From an uncultured bacterium (GTDB lineage: Bacteria > Patescibacteriota > Microgenomatia > Levybacterales > UBA12049): DNA of 64,000 nt. A program made the position numbers and the translations under genes. The stretch is from contig CAWGXL010000010.1 of the NCBI GenBank assembly GCA_963826535.1, forward strand, positions 234,814-298,813, written 5' to 3'. The notes under the pieces are model-generated. The model was not told the origin of the DNA. It was given only the letters and a program-made list of their open reading frames with translations, and did not search any database. Shown piece by piece: positions 59,021-64,000 of this stretch (positions within the stretch are counted from its first letter, which is position 1; the number at the start of each line of letters is the position of its first letter).

Positions 59021-59303
59021 GCTGCTTCTCTCCGTCTTTTTCGTGGCTTAGGAGATTTCTGACAAATTTTGCAATAGTAAGAAGCGATGATGCTTTTACA
59101 CCCAACGCGATAGTAGAAATTGCCGACAGTGGTGTTTTTACACTCTCAGTAATAGAATTTGCATTTTCCAATATTCCATTGGTTTTCGAAACTGTTTTAC
59201 GAACCTCAGAAAGAATATAAAAAACTTGAATACCCAAAATAACAAGTAGTAGGGTTAGAATAATAATAACAGTTAACAAAACAAATTGAACTAAGTCAAG
59301 CAT
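59010..59303 (-). CDS. Hypothetical small membrane protein
   Basis: ORF only, 97 aa, one TM. Confidence 0.3.
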   Translation of the reverse strand: MLDLVQFVLLTVIIILTLLLVILGIQVFYILSEVRKTVSKTNGILENANSITESVKTPLSAISTIALGVKASSLLTIAKFVRNLLSHEKDGEKQHGK

Positions 59304-59343
59304 AAATATAAGTTACAGCAATTATATGATTAATGTCAATCCC

Positions 59344-59976
59344 TCATTTCGCAACTAAGATATTTCTTTTCTGCACTGTCTCCTTTCCAAACCGATTTTT
59401 AGCCGTTATAGTAATAGACGTTTTACCGGGAAACAATGATAAGTTTTTAATAAATTTACCATCTGGACTAAGCGTTACTGACTCATTATTTATATAAACT
59501 GTTGCATTTGAATCTGTCTTGCCCGATACAGTTATTTCATCATTAGTTAATGCGTTTTGTTTGGGAGAGTCAATGCTTAGCATAGGCGCAAAAAACATTG
59601 CTCTGTAAGTAAATCCAAGATATCCAAGAAATAATACTAACCCTAATGTAAAGATAATAAATGACAACTGAATATGAACACGTGGTAGGCTAAAACCGCC
59701 ATTTTTAGTCAAAGTATCCGGCAAAACTTTATAATGTTTTTTCTCGTCAAAATCTCGACGAAAAAGAGCAAGTATCTCTTTTTGCGACAAGCCCAAATAT
59801 TGAGCATAGTTTCTGACAAACCCCTGTGCATAAGCTGCTGAGGGCAACTTATCATAGTCTCCTCTTTCAATAGCCGTAAGGAATACAGGGCGGATTTTAG
59901 TTGCAGCCGCTATTTCTTCAAGCGTCAACGATTTATGAACACGTGTATCATGTAGTTTTTGTCCGGCTCGAATCAT
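59344..59976 (-). CDS. rodZ: RodZ-like cytoskeleton protein (XRE-type HTH plus TM plus C-terminal domain)
   Basis: ...LTLEEIAAATKIRPVFLTAIERGDYDKLPSAAYAQGFVRNYAQYLGL... matches the RodZ N-terminal signature. Confidence 0.65.
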   Translation of the reverse strand: MIRAGQKLHDTRVHKSLTLEEIAAATKIRPVFLTAIERGDYDKLPSAAYAQGFVRNYAQYLGLSQKEILALFRRDFDEKKHYKVLPDTLTKNGGFSLPRVHIQLSFIIFTLGLVLFLGYLGFTYRAMFFAPMLSIDSPKQNALTNDEITVSGKTDSNATVYINNESVTLSPDGKFIKNLSLFPGKTSITITAKNRFGKETVQKRNILVAK

Positions 59977-60048
59977 AGGCAGAACTTTAAAGTTTAATGA
60001 CTGAAAACTAATTATTAATCATCAATCATCAAAGATCATTCATCAATA

Positions 60049-62166
60049 TTATTGCTGATATAAATTACTTAAAAATTCCTCGGCATTTCTTACCAACACG
60101 TCCCGTGGTTTTGCTCCTTCAGCTTGACCGACGATCCCCATCTCTTCAAGTTGGTCAAGAATTCTCGCGGCTCTTGCGTAACCAATGGACATTTTTCTCT
60201 GTAAAAATGATGCTGATGCCGTATTGAATTGACACACAAGACGTATAGCATCCTCTAACTGCCCGTCACGGCCATCTGCTCCGGTCGAAGACACGCCTTT
60301 TCCACCTTTTAACGGAAGAGGTTGTGAAATAACTTCTTCGGTATACTCTACTGGGTAATTTTTGGACTTGAGATAGTCAACTAGCTTCTTTATCTCTTTT
60401 TCTGAAACATAAGTCCCCTGAATACGGGTTGGCTTAGCCTGATCCGGAGGAATATATAACATATCTCCGCGGCCAAGTAATTTTTCGGCACCTGGACTAT
60501 CTATAATAACACGCGAGTCAACCATAGATGAAACATTAAATGCAATACGACAGGGAATATTAGCCTTAATGAGTCCGGTAATAACATTTACTGATGGCCT
60601 CTGAGTTGCAATAACTAAATGAATTCCGGTAGCTCTAGCCATTTGCGCTATTCTTGCAATTGCGTCTTCTACCTCAACAGGAGCAAACATCATTAAGTCG
60701 GCTAATTCATCAATAAAAATTACTATATACGGCAATACCTGAAAGCCGGCAAGTTCATTATAAGAATCAATATTTCTCACACCCCGTTCTGCAAAAAGAC
60801 GATATCTTTTATCCATTTCCGCCATAGACCATTTAAGCGCCGAAAGAATTTTTTCAGGCTCCACTATGACCGGTGTCAGCAAATGGGGGATACCATTATA
60901 ACTCGTAAACTCGACGCGTTTGGGATCAATAAGTATCAGCCTGACTTCTTGCGGAGAAGCACGGAATAAGAGAGAAGAAATAAACGAGTTGATCAAGACA
61001 GATTTACCTGACCCGGTAGTTCCCGCAACCAAAACATGTGGCATTTTTGCAATATCTATCGCGACTGGACTACCGGAAACATCAAGTCCGAGTGATACGG
61101 ACAACTTCGATTTTACCTTTTGCATAACATTTGAGCTAAGCATAGTTTTAAGCGTTACCACTTCAAGGGTGCGATTTGGAATTTCTATACCAACTAAACT
61201 TCGTCCAGGAATTGGTGCCTCAATTCTGATCTGTCCTGTCGGAGCTTCGGTTGCCAGAGCCAAGTCATTTGTTAGGGTTGTAATTTTTGAAACTTTTGTT
61301 CCAAGTGCTATTTCAATCGCATACTGTGTTACAGCAGGACCTAGATTGACCTCGGCCACACGAGCTTCAACGCCAAAACTTTCAAGAGTCTTTTCAATTG
61401 TCGAGGCGCTTTTATTGATATCTCCTCGGTCTGCTTTATGACCTGATACCTCAGACAAGAGTGAAAGGGAAGGGTATTCCCACACTCCATGAACTGTTTG
61501 ACTAAGAACATTACTGACAAGCTTATCCGGTAATATTTCCGGAGCCTTTTTATGAATGACAGGCGGCGGCTGGTTAGTCTTAAGTGGAGGAATATCTTGC
61601 TTTTGATCCTGTGCTCCCTTGATCGTCATCGGTTTATTGCGGTTTATAAGCGGTTTAGGCCGTGAGGCAAAAACAGAATAAGGAATAAGCCGTTTGAAAG
61701 TTTTGCCAATAACAACTAATCCCTCCAAAATTTCATCGAGTGAAGTATCAAAAAATACGATAATACCCACTAACAAACCGCCAATAAAGACTATATCTGC
61801 ACCCCTTGGAGAAATAATCTCAGCAAGTACAAAAAAAATCTGCTGTCCGATCACTCCGCTTCGGGTCAAACTTAAAAGGGAAAAAAAGAACAAGATATAT
61901 CCAAGTGTAACGTTTAGTCTGGAGAGATAAAGTCTCTTCGAATTTATAAATAGAAAGCCTATAAAGAAAAATACAAGAGGAAACAAGAAAGCCAAAGAAC
62001 CAAAAAGACCATTAAGTATTTGATTAAAATACAAAACTGCGCCTACTCTTTTACTAAATGACAGAAGACATATTACTGTTACCAAGAAACTGGCGATTGC
62101 AAAAAGTGTATAAACAGTTTTTTTCTTAAGCTTGAGCTTAAAAAGCTTAGCTCTCCTCCTGGGCAT
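60049..62166 (-). CDS. ftsK: DNA translocase FtsK/SpoIIIE
   Basis: N-terminal 4 TM. Walker A GTTGSGKS. C-terminal gamma domain. Confidence 0.9.
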   Translation of the reverse strand: MPRRRAKLFKLKLKKKTVYTLFAIASFLVTVICLLSFSKRVGAVLYFNQILNGLFGSLAFLFPLVFFFIGFLFINSKRLYLSRLNVTLGYILFFFSLLSLTRSGVIGQQIFFVLAEIISPRGADIVFIGGLLVGIIVFFDTSLDEILEGLVVIGKTFKRLIPYSVFASRPKPLINRNKPMTIKGAQDQKQDIPPLKTNQPPPVIHKKAPEILPDKLVSNVLSQTVHGVWEYPSLSLLSEVSGHKADRGDINKSASTIEKTLESFGVEARVAEVNLGPAVTQYAIEIALGTKVSKITTLTNDLALATEAPTGQIRIEAPIPGRSLVGIEIPNRTLEVVTLKTMLSSNVMQKVKSKLSVSLGLDVSGSPVAIDIAKMPHVLVAGTTGSGKSVLINSFISSLLFRASPQEVRLILIDPKRVEFTSYNGIPHLLTPVIVEPEKILSALKWSMAEMDKRYRLFAERGVRNIDSYNELAGFQVLPYIVIFIDELADLMMFAPVEVEDAIARIAQMARATGIHLVIATQRPSVNVITGLIKANIPCRIAFNVSSMVDSRVIIDSPGAEKLLGRGDMLYIPPDQAKPTRIQGTYVSEKEIKKLVDYLKSKNYPVEYTEEVISQPLPLKGGKGVSSTGADGRDGQLEDAIRLVCQFNTASASFLQRKMSIGYARAARILDQLEEMGIVGQAEGAKPRDVLVRNAEEFLSNLYQQ

Positions 62167-62354
62167 ATAAAGTATTATATACCACTCCGCTTTGAATTTG
62201 CAAAAATTGGTATATACCTACCGGAGCTTTCAAAACTAAAATCTAACTGCCATCTTAGCATAAATAGCTTCAAATTCAGAGCTTCGTTAGGTATTATACT
62301 TATTGTATTTTGAAAGCAGAGGGGTATAGAACTTTGGGGATGAGATAACAACTT

Positions 62355-63509
62355 TTATATACTGTAAACAACCTCAGCCGCCCGTTGTGGAACTCTTTTA
62401 GGCCATTGTTCTTGTTGGTCGCGTCGCGGAATATATCCCGAAAATAAATCTTTTGCAGCGCTCAAAGATATATTATATGTCCTTTCTAATTCTGTAGAAT
62501 CCATCGATAATCGGTCAACAGATATAGATCTAGGATAACTAACTCCAATATTGACTTTAGTATCTCTTGGCCTTTTTTCTCGGTACATCGCGTAATCAGT
62601 TGCCTCTTTGTATCTCTCATCATTGGTTTCAATCATTTCTTTAAATTTAGGAGATAGACCCCAGGTTAATCCCCAACTATTAAATCTTCTGTAACACTCA
62701 ATCAGGGGACTCCCTTCCTCTTCCAATGGATGTGACAACATTACAAGAACATCTGTTGCTCCCAGTTTTTTAACTGCGTGTTCAATCGGTAAAGGGTCAC
62801 CAACTCCTCCATCTCCGCCTCGAATACCATTTATCTCAACATACGGTATATTTGATAACAAAGGAAGATTTCCCGATGCTATGGTTGCACTAATGAGGTC
62901 TGTAGATCCATCTTTTGAATTAGGATATACGACCAGTCCTGTTTCGATATCTGTGACTCCAATATGTATTATTCCTCGCGAATTTTCAATCTGCCTAAGA
63001 TCTACCGGCACATCGATTCGATGACTTTTCTCAAGTCCTTTCATATCTACCACGCCTCTCCAAGCACGTCTTTTATCTATAAGTCTATTTTTAATATTAT
63101 GCTTAAAATAAAACTCCGCTCCTACCCTTGCTTGTTTAGCAACTGTACGCAAAACGCAAAATGCACCTGTAGATACACCCACCCAATGATCAATTTGGTC
63201 GGTAAATTTTAGATCCTCCATTGCCACACAATTCCCGGCTGGGACCACCCCTCTCTGGACGCCCGGACCAATAACTACCGCTGTCACAATACGTTTATGA
63301 TCAGGGTCTCCATCTCGCAGCATCTCCGCTTTCCTTTTAAAATTTCTCAAGACAGTATCCATTTCGCCTCCAAATGCTATTTCTGTTTCTAAGGGCCTCG
63401 CATTCTCACGAGGAATTGTTCGTTCAGGTTTACGACGTAAATTCAAGCTAGGCATTCTATCGTAAAGCCCAGCTATAGCTGTAGTAGCACTGGTAAGTTC
63501 TGCTCTCAC
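62355..63509 (-). CDS. Patatin-like phospholipase domain protein
   Basis: G-x-S-x-G as GVSTGA and the catalytic Asp in GGDGG (DGG). Confidence 0.6.
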   Translation of the reverse strand: MRAELTSATTAIAGLYDRMPSLNLRRKPERTIPRENARPLETEIAFGGEMDTVLRNFKRKAEMLRDGDPDHKRIVTAVVIGPGVQRGVVPAGNCVAMEDLKFTDQIDHWVGVSTGAFCVLRTVAKQARVGAEFYFKHNIKNRLIDKRRAWRGVVDMKGLEKSHRIDVPVDLRQIENSRGIIHIGVTDIETGLVVYPNSKDGSTDLISATIASGNLPLLSNIPYVEINGIRGGDGGVGDPLPIEHAVKKLGATDVLVMLSHPLEEEGSPLIECYRRFNSWGLTWGLSPKFKEMIETNDERYKEATDYAMYREKRPRDTKVNIGVSYPRSISVDRLSMDSTELERTYNISLSAAKDLFSGYIPRRDQQEQWPKRVPQRAAEVVYSI

Positions 63510-63570
63510 ATGCTTTTCTAATAGAGTATATCAATCTCAACCGTACAAGCTTGACAAAAACCTAACAAAA

Positions 63571-64000
63571 TTATACTTCTATAACAACTGGCAAAACCAG
63601 CGGCCTGCTCCGGAACTTCTTCAAAATATGCCGCTCTGCAATGTCGCCGATCAACTTCCGGATATGTACCCAATTCGTAACCTTACCTTGGCGCGCCAAA
63701 AGCTCCTTCTCTATCTCTTTTCCTAAAGTAAGAGAAATGTGCGCTTGAATATCTTTAAGCGAAGAACCTCGCATTATCACCTCAGGAGAACCGGCAAGTT
63801 GCCCGGTTGACGCGTTGATTTCAGCCATAACAATAAAAATACCTTCTTGTGCCAGTTTTTCCCGGTCCCGGATAAGATAATTCTCAACTTCTTCACCGGA
63901 AACTTTATCGACATAAACATTTTTTGTCTCTATTTTCCGGCCGAATTTTGCAGTATTTTTACTAAATATTATTTCCTGCCCATTTTCAACAATAAAAATA
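63571..64000 (-). CDS. rnj: Ribonuclease J, C-terminal part (5' end beyond window edge)
   Basis: Frame open to the window edge: ...VYVDKVSGEEVENYLIRDREKLAQEGIFIVMAEINASTGQLAGSPEVIMRGS...RPLVLPVVIEV matches the RNase J C-terminal domain. The ORF track shows only the segment from the internal Met at 63828. Confidence 0.7.
   Translation of the reverse strand, partial: IFIVENGQEIIFSKNTAKFGRKIETKNVYVDKVSGEEVENYLIRDREKLAQEGIFIVMAEINASTGQLAGSPEVIMRGSSLKDIQAHISLTLGKEIEKELLARQGKVTNWVHIRKLIGDIAERHILKKFRSRPLVLPVVIEV

Noticed and set aside
62226-62318. 9-bp inverted repeat (CTTTCAAAA/TTTTGAAAG) about 70 nt apart upstream of ftsK
   Set aside because: AT-rich, low complexity, and likely fortuitous.

Overview
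This 64-kb window comes from an AT-rich, gene-dense bacterial chromosome with short intergenic spacers and many 4–8 bp gene overlaps. The shortened Mur enzymes, split GlmU and small proteins suggest a reduced-genome Patescibacteria/CPR-type organism, but that assignment is inference. Housekeeping content: recO 3' end, an M20 peptidase, glyQS, a fragmented dcw/peptidoglycan set (mraZ-rsmH-ftsL-ftsI; murE-like-pgeF-murC; short murB; murA; split glmU-like pair), greA, a complete F1Fo ATP synthase operon (atpBEFHAGDC), dnaE, gatCAB, murT/gatD (lipid II amidation), htpX, lemA, polX, ftsK, a rodZ-like gene, the rnj 3' end and three tRNAs (Thr-CGT, Asp-GTC, Gly-CCC). Accessory and unusual content: (1) directly after recO, small cargo genes each followed by a 32-bp direct repeat derived from the recO 3' end — a membrane protein, a HepT/MntA toxin-antitoxin pair, and probably an unknown 247-aa protein. 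This looks like a cassette-integration hotspot. (2) Two families of intergenic palindromic MITE/REP-like repeats (four and three copies), two of them inside the ATP synthase operon. (3) A ~10-kb surface glycosylation locus (methyltransferase, GT2-GT-C fusion, GT2, three large polytopic membrane proteins, an O-antigen-ligase-like protein, an Ig-like protein). (4) A ~600-nt GC-rich intergenic locus driven by a perfect consensus sigma70 promoter; it is most likely an unidentified structured ncRNA rather than the predicted 131-aa ORF. (5) A DUF433/DUF5615 toxin-antitoxin-like pair. No CRISPR array, phage genes or transposase were seen.
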